64,000 nt of DNA from Dimorphilus gyrociliatus (Eukaryota > Animalia > Annelida): positions 86,793 through 150,792 of the forward strand of contig CAJFCJ010000007.1 of NCBI GenBank assembly GCA_904063045.1. The letters run 5' to 3'. Position 1 is the stretch's first letter. Each line of letters opens with the position of its first letter. The translations under genes and the position numbers were made by a program. A model generated the notes under the pieces. That model searched no databases and was not told the origin of the DNA. It saw only the letters and a program-made list of their open reading frames with translations. Shown here piece by piece: positions 25,806-38,437 of the stretch.

Positions 25806-28800
25806 CATATTGTATACTTATAATATTTATTAATCCAGAAAATGCGATTTTTGTAACGCTAATTATGTAATTTTCTTTATACATTATATTTAATTAAACA
25901 TACATCTTTTTTATTCAATGTAAAAACTTATAAATATATCCATTGGGAAACAATAGTATTACATTTTGAGGAGATTCTTTCATCAGATTGATTTTTGAAA
26001 TTTCAGGTAAAACAGTTGATGTAACGAGTAAGATTAGCTTACTTAATAGAGTATTAAGGCTTTATGAAACTGTATACAAACTTGTTTGTAGTTTGATAAT
26101 TCTTCTTTCTTAACTCATTTCTTCAGTCAAACAGTTTTAACATAATTAGTTTTATATTACTTTACTACTTTTATTCTCCTCCCCTCCTTTCACTAGTATT
26201 ACTTCATTGACATCAAGTGTATTCATGCGTTCTTTAAGGTTTCATATTAGAATCAATCATTTCACAATGTTTTAGCTTTTAATAGATATTTACCCTAATT
26301 ACCATTTATCTGTATAATAAATGCAAAACAACAAAAATTGAAACATAGATCAACAAGTAAGAATGAGAAAAGATGATGTACACCACATTTTCTGCTACTC
26401 TCAAATAATAACAAAATAATGATTTGAAATGTTCGTGATAATAAGAATCTGTTTAGTTGGCTCCCATATGTGTCTTTTATCATAATGATTATATGTTGCA
26501 AGGGGTAATGACCTGCAAAAAGTTACGAATTTTATTCTTATTTACCCAACAGTTAAGTATTTAGCACTTAAAAAGCCTCTTTTCACTTCTTAGGTGTTAA
26601 TTCAGCATCAAGAAAATGTAGTTGCTATTATTGTTCTATTTTGAGAGAAGGGTACAGGGGGTTGAAAATCATATGAGCATTACTGCTATGGCAATTTAGT
26701 GTTAGTAGTGCATTGTAATTTTACTTGGTATTTTAAGTCAAAATAGAAGGTAGCTTGCTAATTATATGATCGTTTACAATGACTCAAAAAGATACCCTCT
26801 TTATTTTCTTTGATTTTTTATATAAAAACAACAAAGTTTAAATATATTCATTACATTTCCCAATGGAAATATTTATTAAATATTAGTTAACGCTAATTTA
26901 TATATAACTAAACTAATTAAACGAGATACTAAAAGCCGTATTAATCAGTGTAACTCGATAAAAAATATAAGTTAGTTAGCTGTCATAACGAAAATAAAGG
27001 TACACTATCTAATGAATAAAAAGCACAATATTCTTTTTCCCCTTCAAAGTTTCCTAATAAACGATGGCAATTATGTAAAAATATAAAAACAAATATATAT
27101 ATAGCTAAAAATAGCCACCTATCATGCATTAATGAACAATTTAATAAGACCTACATATTGGTTCAATAGACGTTTTCAAGAATTTCTTTAAGTAAGATCA
27201 ATCAAAATTCTACTGTTTTTCGTTTTTTACTGTTATTAAACTTTATATATATAAAGAGAAAAGACTGAATATTATTTTACAATAGATCTGTAAATTCTAT
27301 AAAATATTATAAACAAAGAAACTAAAAAATTGCTTATCTTTAATAAACCCTTGACATATTATTTCAACTTGACCGAATTTGTAGAAGATTGAACCGTCTG
27401 CCTAAAAAGAATTGGATAAACAAATGAGCCATATATTACAATCTGCATAAGAACGATAAAGGATAAAAATAAATAACAAGAAAAAATCCCAAACTACCGT
27501 TTGTTTGGGTTTTTAATAGAACGTACACTGCTTTTTTTAGGGTGTTAAATACTACTTCAGATATTTGACAGAAAAGCTTTTTTTCGTACGGATATTTATC
27601 CATAATTCAATTTCCAATTGCTGAAATATCAGTAATAGGTTCTTATTGAAAATATGCTTTGGTTAGATGTTTAAGAGCAATTTGAGAATTTATTAAAGCT
27701 TCTTATCACTATAAGCGATTCCATTAATTTTATATAGTTTATAAAGAAATATAATTAATAGTTTAATAAATAATACGATCGGGCATTGAACGAAATTTGA
27801 TACTATGCGATTAAGGGATGAAAAGGAATGAAAACCATTATAGTTTGATATATATTCATATAGAGGGAAAGACGCTGTAATAGAATGTATAAACGTATAT
27901 AGGTTATATATAGTAGATTACATAAATACATTTAAGAGTGTTAAATCTTTATCTCTAAACTATTTAGCAAACTAATAAGCTCATTCTTATAAGCATTGCA
28001 TATAGTGTATACAGTATAATACCTATACTTATTCATTTGTACATGTGCTGCTTCGTCTTGGGGATATGATTATAATTCATATTATAAATAATAAGCTATT
28101 TAAAAGACAGATTCTTTACTCCCTGCATCTATTTCCCTGATAGTCAACACGTATGGATTATAAAATAATGATCGTATTGTATAAATATATTTTAATAAGC
28201 CTGAAAGAGAAAACTAATATATATCCAATTTATTCTATCATCAAGTTGAGGTCAAGTCTAATAAACAAAGCTGATCAATGGTGAAAAAAGTAAACGTCAA
28301 ATAAAGCGAATACAAAAATGAGAAACCTAATAGTAAATAAGCCTATAAGGCTTTTGTACATTCTGGATTTGATTAAAATTCTTCTCCATATTGATAGTTT
28401 CATTGCCAAAGATGAAAAAAGTAACGATAAAATCCTTCTTTCAGCATTTCTATTAGTTTTAAACCCTTCAATGAATAAGCATAGGTACTTTTTCTTCATC
28501 TTTTCTGTTTTTTCTTAATTTCATAATCATTCGACAATCAGGAGTAACATTTGAGAGATAAAATATAAATTCTATTTATTAAAAGATTCTTATGACACTC
28601 ATCTGCTTGAAACTGTATCTTGAAAATAACATTTTCCATAGATTTATTATGCGTTTCCCTATTTTCAAACTTAATATTACTGATTATAAAAATATTCCTC
28701 TTCTATCTATATCAATAATCTAGAGTTGAAAACATTTTACAGAGAAGAAAGGAAATAGAATAGGGAATAAAATGATAAAAAATAACGAGAATTTGTCGTA

Positions 28801-29478
28801 TGAACCATGCAATTGTGGATTTAATGACATTGATACGCTCTCACTTACAGCAAAAATTATTTCCTTTTTTTAAATACTATTGCTCCTAAGCTACTCTAAT
28901 TGCTTTACTGCAATAGGTTCTACAACAAAGTACGTTGTTATAGAACACGAATATTATTGTATTCCTCCCTCAGGTAAAGCAAATAGAATAATCCAAAATA
29001 CTGTATATCATATCTCAAAGAATTCAATTGAAAAATAATATTTCGCCAGATATCAAAAAACATGACAGAAAGAGAGAAAAGAGAGAGAGAGACGAGTGAA
29101 AAAGTAATTTATCCTTTCAGAGATATGATTATTTTTTTGTAAGAAATCTAATAATTTATTCTTATGTTTTATTCTAATCTATAATGATGATCAATAAAAT
29201 GTATAAAATGTTTAATGACAGTCTTGTATATTGTTTTCCATAGTTCTATTAGTATGTTAGATAGTTAGAAATATGTAAATTAATAGAATAATAGTATGAT
29301 AAGAAATTCAAAGAATGATTTGCATTGTTTAATTTTTCATTGGTAGTTTTCCAATGCTAATCTATATGTATATTATATCGATATATTGCATATATATGTA
29401 TAATTTTATAACTTGTTTTTTTACAAACTTACTCTTTATCTCGCAAAGATCCCAATTTCCTTCAATATATTCTTTAAA

Positions 29479-29725
29479 AGATAATTACCTTTACTAAATG
29501 CCTGTATAATTAGATTATAAATGATTGTCAATTACGAAAAGATAAAGGAAATATTCGAGTATTTTCACAATGGTATACGAAAGGCTGTCTTTACTTTGGA
29601 ATTACTTTACAAAATTTTGAATGATAACAGATTAATCGTATTATAAATTTAGTATTCCAGTTAGATAAAGAAAAAGCTGTTGATGGAATAAAGTAATTTG
29701 TTTTTTTCTTTCTTGGATACTAAGA
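29479..29725 (+). mobile_element. Heavily decayed non-LTR retrotransposon reverse-transcriptase fragment (RTE or L1/Tx1-like)
   Basis: Three colinear remnants, broken by stops and frameshifts: PLLNA..DYK (cf. PISLLNxDYK), GIRKAVFTLELLYK (cf. GTRDAIFTLRQLxEK) and FQLDKEKAVDGI (cf. LDxEKAFDRV). Their spacing is roughly that expected for the RT domain. Confidence 0.5.
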
Positions 29726-31954
29726 TTGTAGAACGTACTTTCTGGAATTTCTTATGTATATTTTGTTTTTTTTTCTTTTTTGTTCCATTTTATATTTGTA
29801 ATACGAATGATAAAAATTTTCTTATAACAATTTGCCTATAATTAGAAAAGCTGTCATACTACTTTAACAATTAAGTTTTTCCTTGAATAGTGTAATAATA
29901 GAGTTAAAACTAATTCTTAAGATACATTACGTATACATATTTTCAATTAGAAAACGCCATCTGTAGGCATGGAATAGAAGTTTTAACGTCTCGCTGGGAT
30001 AAACAATTGTTTTTATCATTTCGTTTTATCTTTGAATTGGTTGAATGTCTCTTTGAAAATGTTAGAAATTAATTACATATTGTATTATCGATAAAATCCC
30101 CGTTAAGAAACCATTTTTCAACAACAATCATATCTTTGATTGATAATATTAGTACTAAAGAATAAGGTATTCTTCACAAAAGCACTTCAACGCTGTCAAC
30201 AAGCCTTGTGATGTTCCTGACTTTTATGATAATAAAAACAAATGCTGATTTTAAAAGAGATTTTAATCTATTAAGTCATTTACATTGGATTAGGAAATAC
30301 GAAACGTTAAAAGGCAAATGAATTTTTATTATAAAGCAAAACTAAAAACAAAAAATAGCTTGGTAATACAAGCATTAAAGAGTTAAAATGTTCAGCTTTG
30401 TTTACTGTCTCTATTGAGATGAGATGCTAAAAGTTAGAATACGACTAAATACCGAACATGATTAGAAAGCTTGTCAAACTATGGATAATGTTTTGATGTT
30501 TATTTTTCAAAGGCAACATTCTTTCTGTTTTATTGTAAAATTATGAAGTAGCATTTCATAAATGAAGTACAATTCTTTAATAAATTCTAGACAAGAATAT
30601 TATTCCTTTTAAAATATTTAAATATGGAGATAGAATTGAAGATAGAATGAAAACAAAACCAATAAATCGTATTAAAGTATGCACATACAATTGGCTCTTC
30701 CAAGAAATTATTTACAATTAAGATGAGTAAGTTTCTCTTGTTATGGCTAAAATGATTGATAAAGTATAAAAGTACTTTCATTCTAGTATTTCTTTACTTA
30801 CGTTAGCTTTGAGAAAAATATAATTCAACGATTTTTAAATTTGCGCTTTTCATATCCCTAAATAGAAATACATTAGAAATATTAACATCATATACTTCAA
30901 TTCAGAAATGACTTTTATTCAACTAAAATCTTTTTGTCCTTCGAAAAAAATGGAATTCTTCTTAAAAGAAATAAGAAATGCGTTAAAAGAGATTCTATTG
31001 ACAATAATTTAATATAAAATATAATATAAAAATACATCAGATGATTATTGATATTTAAGGTAAACTTACCATTTTTTTTTTCAGTATTTCTTTACAACTC
31101 TGCAAGTTCTATAAGATAAATTCTAGGCCGATATTTTTATTTTTTATTTTAATTTGATATTTCTTCTTTGGACTAAAAAAATGATATTGGAAAAGCGATA
31201 TTCACTATAACCTATAATTTCCCTATAATTATCTGAAAATTAAAGAAGGACATTTGCCTTTATGTCTCATCTTTCACTAAAATAATACCCCTTTCTAGGA
31301 TGTCTCTTTTTTTAGATGTTTATTGTCGTACTTTCATTATTTCAATTTATATCCAAAATTATATCTACATCAATATGTTGCAGTATTCTAAAATTATGTT
31401 TAATATAACCTAATATAGAACATATTAATAGATAAAACTCAGTATCCTTTAATTAATGTACTCTTATTAGGATATAATTTTCCAAATGATAAAATCAAAT
31501 AGACAGGTGGCATCTTCGGTCAAGTATCTTTCACTTTTTGTCATTGCTACTATAAACTTTCAAGAGGTAACAATAAAATATGTTTTATAAATAACAAACT
31601 AAGTTTATTAAACTTATTATTAGTAAGTTACTAGAATAATTATATGTGAGGAAACTAACTTTGTTTTCTAATATAACCGGATGAGAGGTTTGCTTATCAT
31701 TGTTAATTTTTTTTTCTTTAGTCTACAACAGAGGTACAAGGCTAAAGGCAAAAGTTAATGAACGCTACTAATTAGATCAGAGAAGAATAAAGTATTCTTT
31801 TTTCTATGAAAGAAATATAATAACTTTGGGAAGTTTCACTAAATGAATTCTTCAGAAAGTGTAACAATTTTAATTTAATAGGATACCATATAAAAGGGCA
31901 AAATACTTCATTAAAAAGAAACATTATTAGCTGTCTAGATATTCTTCAGTCGTC

Positions 31955-33009
31955 ATGAACAATTCTACGCTTAATGAAAAAGATAATGTATATCAACATC
32001 CCATGCCATTAATTTTACGCGCTTTTCTTACGAGTTTAGTAGCCGTTCTATTGGTTGTTTGCAACATTTTTAGTATGAACGTTTTGGCAATGACCAAACA
32101 AATTCCAAAAATTTCCAGAATGTGTCTTATTAACTTGGCATTTGCTGATTGTATGCTGGGTCTTATTTCGTGCGCACCTTCAGTACCGTCATCTGTAACT
32201 GGAACTTGGTTATTTGGAGAAGTGTTTTGTCAAATTTCTGGAATGAACTTATGCGCAAACGCTACAGTATCAATTTGGAGCGTCTTATTAGTATCAATAG
32301 ATCGCTATTTCGCTATTTTACACCCAATGAAGTTAGTAAAATTGTTTTACTGTCTGATAATGTTACATAAGATGTTAATTTTAATAGATACAGAGATATA
32401 ATTACTGAAAAACGTTTACGAATTACAATCGGCTTTATGTGGCTGGGAGCTTACGGTTTATTCGTTTTACCAGTTCTCCTTAGTAAGAGATTTATTTATT
32501 ATATATACTCACCAAAGGAAATTGTATGTGGAGATTTTTGGCAATTTGCTTGGTTCGGTATTATGGCTGTCGTATCTGTTCCTGTTCTAACATCAATTGG
32601 ACTTTTATATTGTACGATTAGCATTGTTCTTCATTTGAGAGCACATAAAAATCAAATAAGCGATGGTTCAAAAGCATCGGATGGAGCTTCTAAAAGAAAT
32701 ATCAAAGCTATCAAATTGTTAGTCATAACAGCATCAGCCTATTATTTAGCTTGGATGCCATATGCAATTCATTTATTTATTGTCTTAATACCAAAGGATC
32801 CTCCTTTCGTCCACCCTGTGCTCAAATTTTGTCTTTTATGGACTGGAATGTCAAACAGTTTTACAAATGTGTTAATTTACTTGTCAGTTTACGCTGCCTT
32901 CAGACATAATGGACTAATCCTTATAAATAAAGTAACATGTAAATTATGCCTTGGCAAAATTATTGAAAAAAGCCATCAAAGTACTCTGAATTCAACAGCA
33001 ACAGGATAA
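31955..33009 (+). CDS. Class A orphan GPCR, GPR21/GPR52-like, 2 exons, 332 aa
   Basis: Exon 31955-32331, a 56-bp intron (GTTAGT..AATAG, phase 2) and exon 32388-33009 restore IDRYFAILHPMKYRDIITEKRLRITIGFMW. Other motifs: TM2 NLAFADC, TM6 AYYLAWMPY, TM7 WTGMSNSFTNVLIY..AAFR. TM7 lacks the NPxxY proline, as in GPR52 (SNSFCNCVIY). Position 3.32 is Leu, so there is no aminergic Asp. Confidence 0.88.
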
Positions 33010-34455
33010 ACGAAATTTCATCAATCAATCAAAGACTTCTTGTATAGTTTTATCTTATCCATATGAAATTAGAATCATCTTTATTCAAGTAACATTTTAT
33101 TTATTTAAAAAACAACATAAAATAAATCATTTCTTTCTCTCTCTCTCTCTCTCTTACTATTTTTACCTTTGATCTGAGAGGGCTATTTGATAATTGATAA
33201 CCTAAAACTATAGAACAAAACTTGGTTTATTGAGTTTTATTTATCATTTAAAGTATAATCTGATAATGTAAATAAAAATAAGAGAAGAAACTAAAGTATC
33301 TCCTACTTTAAACATTAAATAAACAATATGTTGTTTGGCGTTTGTATTTAATTCATTTCAATCTATTTGTTTTTTGTATTATACCACAAAAATTGTATTA
33401 TACTGTATAACAAATAACTTATCCCTAAAGTAATAAACTACTCATTAACACCGTTTATAAGATATGGAAGAGAAGTTTGTTCAATATATACTTCGTATAT
33501 AGTTACTGTACGCATTCATTATTTACTCTCATATGCTAATTAGGGGATGATTTAAATTTTTACAAAGAAACTTCAAACGTAAAAATCATAGTTCTTAACT
33601 ATAGATAAAAGCACTTGTTAATATGATATAAAGGTTATTAATGTTAAACGATCATTTCTCAGATTACAAATATATGATTTATATCGATTTATATTATTTA
33701 AATAAATAATAAACATTTTAAGTAAAAATCAATTTTTTTCTTTTTACATTAAATTATTGATTATAATTCTATAAATCATCTTACGACGTGTAACGACTCA
33801 TTTAACAATGATATATTGATTTGTAACGTAATTAAAACTTTTAGTGTACAAATACAAAAGAAACTTTTTGAATGGCACTACTTTAAATGTTTATTCATTC
33901 ATTAAGTGAACAGATAAATATTATGAATTAAATATCAAAATAAATTTATTGAGTCATACGTCTTTAATCAATGAATAGACTAGAAAAAAACATATTACTT
34001 AATTAAATTGTTTATCGAAGAGTTATCCGTCCAAAAAATAAGTTATAAAAAACACACTATCAGTTGTCCATAATCAGTTTAAAGATATGACTTCTTTTTT
34101 AAAATATATGATGTAGAACTTGTTTCTTTTTTAAAGTGTAGACAGAATTGTTACGGTTTTTTTTTGTTGAATATTCCACATTTTATTTAAATATTTCCCA
34201 GTTTTATACCATTTTCAATCTTTCGTTTAAGTAATAAATGTTATGAACAGTACTTGGACGCGCCTTATGCCTCTTTTGTCTATTGTGTAATTTATCTTGT
34301 ATTTGATATCATTGTTTGATAAGATTATTTAAAATAGTATAACATACTTTTCTAAAAAATGATAGTATATTATTAATTCACTGTGTCTGGTTGTTGATTA
34401 AGTGTATAATTACCATTAGCAGACAAACTCTTGTCTACGATGTCATTGGATTTTT

Positions 34456-34493
<38 letters not shown>

Positions 34494-34626
34494 GATATCG
34501 TTTTAATTATATATCCAAAGTATACTGTAGTATTCAGATTAAGCATTCATCAAGTTTCCTGAATAGGTCTATTAGCAAATTAAAGCACAAATACATGAAA
34601 AGCAATAGCCTTCATTTTTAGTTTCG

Positions 34627-34662
<36 letters not shown>

Positions 34663-34981
34663 ATTTTTTTAACGTTTTCGTCTCGCTTTTATCAGCTTTT
34701 ATTTTTGTATTGACATTCTACAATATCGTCATGACCTTCCTTTTCGTAATGTCAAATAAATGTCTTTCAATTTAGACTCGTACGAGACGTAACTTGAATT
34801 TCTTTTGATTTCTTTAAGATTATCATATTGTTTGCTATTTTTTTGATATTCTATTTGAATTAAATCGTAGTCTTACACCAGTTTCGAGTGGAATAAGAAT
34901 AATCCATAAAAATATCAAATTTCTGTCAAAGTTTATTTCAGGATTAAAAGATATTCAATTAGAAAAAGTATTGTAGTTTTA

Positions 34982-35689
34982 TTAAGTTTTATTATCGAAA
35001 GTGGGTAGTCTCAAATATCGGCAATCCTTTAAAGTCCTAAAGGCTTCATTTAAATAGCAATGTCCAATGTTGTCATTATTCTCCTCTTCTTCTGATTCTT
35101 CGACTAGTGTGGAGAGGAAAGCTCTAGTAACACTTTGCCTTTTAATGACATTCATTGCTACTGTTTTAAAGAGTTTTCCATCTTTATTTCTATCGTATTC
35201 TATACTATTAGATCTGCTAGTGTTTTGAAAATTCAAACTTTCTGTTAGAAGAGAGCTTCTCAGAAATTTGTCAATATCCAATAATCTTCTTGTATCTTCT
35301 TCTGTATAATCTAAATGTTTCGAGTTTGTCATACTCATAGTTCGACGAATTTCCCGTACATTTCTTTTTGGCACTGGAAAACTACTACTTACTAAACTGA
35401 CCTTCCTACTGTTTGGTATTTCCGGAAGAAAACTATGAACAACTCGCGAGAACTTATCATTAAGTAACTGATGTGAAACCGTCGGAGCCCAAGCTGGTAA
35501 AAGATTATGACCATATTTGCCAACAAATACTTCATGGCTTCTCCTAAAAGCTGATAGTCTCTCTTTGCTTTCCATTTCCAAGCTTTGCCTATATTTCTCT
35601 AATTCTCTCTCTTCATGATGTAATAGCATTGATGTTGTCTTCCGCCGTTTTTTAGTCGTTTTTTCCATAGAAACCATTCTGTTATTCAT
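34982..35689 (-). CDS. Uncharacterised intronless 235-aa protein with an N-terminal charged helix and a C-terminal LKDCRYLR motif
   Basis: 708-nt ATG-to-stop frame with protein-like composition: a KKRRK basic patch, a probable coiled coil (EERELEKYRQSLEMESKERL), a Ser-rich middle, an acidic EESEEEE run and a terminal CRYLRLP. Confidence 0.8.
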   Translation of the reverse strand: MNNRMVSMEKTTKKRRKTTSMLLHHEERELEKYRQSLEMESKERLSAFRRSHEVFVGKYGHNLLPAWAPTVSHQLLNDKFSRVVHSFLPEIPNSRKVSLVSSSFPVPKRNVREIRRTMSMTNSKHLDYTEEDTRRLLDIDKFLRSSLLTESLNFQNTSRSNSIEYDRNKDGKLFKTVAMNVIKRQSVTRAFLSTLVEESEEEENNDNIGHCYLNEAFRTLKDCRYLRLPTFDNKT

Positions 35690-35750
35690 TACTGTATATT
35701 CTACTATGCGTAAATTTAAATTTCAAAGACTGGCAAGAGGAGGAAATTAA

Positions 35751-35763
35751 GTAACTAAGCAAC
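35751..35763 (-). promoter_or_regulatory. RFX X-box-like site upstream of the CRYLR-motif gene
   Basis: GTTGCTTAGTTAC on the minus strand, 62 bp upstream of the ATG. It resembles the RFX palindrome GTTGCCATGGCAAC. Confidence 0.4.
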
Positions 35764-38210
35764 AAGCCGTTTGGAGCATAGCCTAATTGGATTTAAAAAT
35801 TGATTTTCCAGTTCAATCGGAAGTGTTTGAACAAGCATTAGATGCTATTCGATTAATCATGTTAGTTTTTAGCTCTAAATTATTAGATTCTTTTAGCATT
35901 AAATAATTCATCCAAGCAGCAGTTTTCATTTACTTTAAAATTGTGAACCTTTTCACGTTTCAAAAGAAAAACTATTTATCAAAATATATTTTAGTTTATT
36001 AAGATTCGATTTAAACAGAAATGTAATCATTATATCTGAAAAAGATATACACATTTCTTATTATTACTATTCAAAGAGAGAATATTAAAAATCATTAAAT
36101 CAATATATTTTTCAAGTTGTATGTAGGGATGAAAACGTAAAAGTGCGAATAGAAGCCAAAAAGATTAATAAATATAATAGCGATGATTCCCAAATTCAGA
36201 TATAGTAATTCAAAAATCCATTCTAAGTACGCCCCCTATTGTCTGTCTTAAAACAAGTGCTTGCGGACTTGGACTAGATTTTGTATAGACAAATTTACAT
36301 ATTGAAATGCATGTTTAAACTCTGGATCATTTGGATTAACACATGCGAAGTAAAAGAAATATGTTAGAGCATGTATAGAAAAGCTTATGGTTTGTTGCTT
36401 ACAAAGTAAGGCATTATTAATTATAAATTTCAAACAGGTGGCAGCACAATTATTTTCAAGAATTTCGCCGAAATTAACTGTCAAAAATATTCTAAAAGTT
36501 TCAATTTCCCTACTGAAAGCTATAAAATATTGACCTATACAATACATGAACGATAGAAAAGTTACAATCGATAAAGTAAACGATGCAAAGTGTTTTTTAC
36601 AACCTTGAAAAAATTTTATGATAAACACTTTTTTTTAATTTCTTTAGATAAAAATATCCATTAGTCTACAATATAATCATATTTAATATAAATACATAAC
36701 AAATTGGCCTGTAGTGAAAGTATATATACAGTGGCTGACAACGATTTTTGTGAAAGGCCTATTTTGAACAATTTTTTAAAAATTTACCCTTAAAAATATA
36801 TATATTAGTATATACTAATATATATATATATGTGTGTTGAAAAGTGCCTTTAAAACTTAAGTTTATTCTCTCCTCTAATAATGTATAACGTATTCTTTTT
36901 TAATACTATGACCTTCTTATTATAAAAGAAAAACAACTAATATAAAATGTAACGTCGTATTCTGTTCATTTACTTATAATTTTCTTTCTTATCTGGATTA
37001 ATAGCCTATAGTTTTGACATAGCTCATTTTGTAATCCACTGTTTATTATATTATTTTCAACATAAAAAATATATTCCAAAGAAAAACCTGACAAGATAAT
37101 TAAAAAGTAAGTTTCAGATGGTAAAAGTTACCGGACTATTGCTGATTTCTCTTCAAACGAAGAGATTAGTAATTTAAAACCTTATCAAATATACATAAAA
37201 CAAAAGTAAAATTTGAAGGAAGATTTGAAAGAATATAGGTCTTGCAAACGAAAAAAAGCATTGGTCAAGATTAACAGAGAGCAGGGAAGATATATTGAAA
37301 GTATTGAGGAGGGGGAGGAAAGGTTTAAAGAAAAAAAAACCTTTTTCTTTGTAAAAAGACAAAAAAAGAAAGCGAAATAAAACAAAATGTGTTAAATATA
37401 TTTATAGTGTGTTTATCAGAGTGTAGACTAATAATTAAATGGTGAAACTGATAAATGCATGTTTTCTATGAATGGATTAGATAATTTCGATACTTAATCA
37501 CTTAATCCAAGAAGATTAAGACCTCAGGATGAAAATTTCAATACAAGGAACACGAATAATTTATGTAATATGTTGAAAAATGTTGTTAATGAGTCTGCTG
37601 TTAAAGCAAATTTGCCCAGAAAAGAAGCAAAGGGATAATAGACCCTATTCACCTTAAAGAAGAGGGTTTTATTGAAGATGCTTAATCAGTTTTTAACTGA
37701 CTATCTAAAGTTATAAAAGACAGTTTACCTTTCTACACAATTAGCAAAACTTGAAAAGCTAAATGTATGCATTACAAATTTATAGGCAATATGAATTGAA
37801 TATGATGTCAATTTTTGTAATTTTTGTTTCTTACACTAATAGATTTTGGTGAAAAAGAATTTGAATTATTCAAAAAACTTTTTAAAAGACAATCTAAAAA
37901 AGAAAACCAGCTTAATTTATAACAATTTGATGCATACAAAAGCCATTTTTTAGGGCTGTCTATCTAGGTGAAATATGTAAAACTTGTTCAAGATAGGCCT
38001 TGAATAAATACCGTAGTTGGCCACTACATAGATACATGTATATATACTGGATACAATTATACAAGTACATATTGTATGCATATACATTGTACAAAATATT
38101 TATATATTCTAGGTATTTATTAATAAAGAACTAGATCAACGACGAATCGTTTCTTATAATTATCCTATCTAATTTATAAAAATGATTAGAAAAAGTTTTT
38201 TTTATTATTT

Positions 38211-38437
38211 TGGCGCCATCTGCTCATGATAAAAACTTTTTATGAATCTCTTTTTCTTTAAAATCTAGCGATTGTCATGATTTTTAGTCATTTCTACTGA
38301 AGCATTATCTATCTATTCTTGCGTTTACTTCCTACTTTTTGTACGTTAATTTATCAAATTATATAGGCTTAGTATCTTTTTCACCTCAACTAAAAGTGAC
38401 CTTCAAAAAAACTACGTGTCAACACTAGATGACGCTG
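38211..38437. promoter_or_regulatory. Divergent pair of CTCF-like motifs
   Basis: TGAGCAGATGGCGCCA (minus, 38211-38226) and ACACTAGATGACGCTG (plus, 38422-38437), in the intergenic region between the CRYLR gene and the cystine-knot gene. Confidence 0.35.

Noticed and set aside
37430-38000. Faint resemblance to non-LTR element motifs
   Set aside because: Only isolated 4-6 residue similarities, not colinear enough to support a call.
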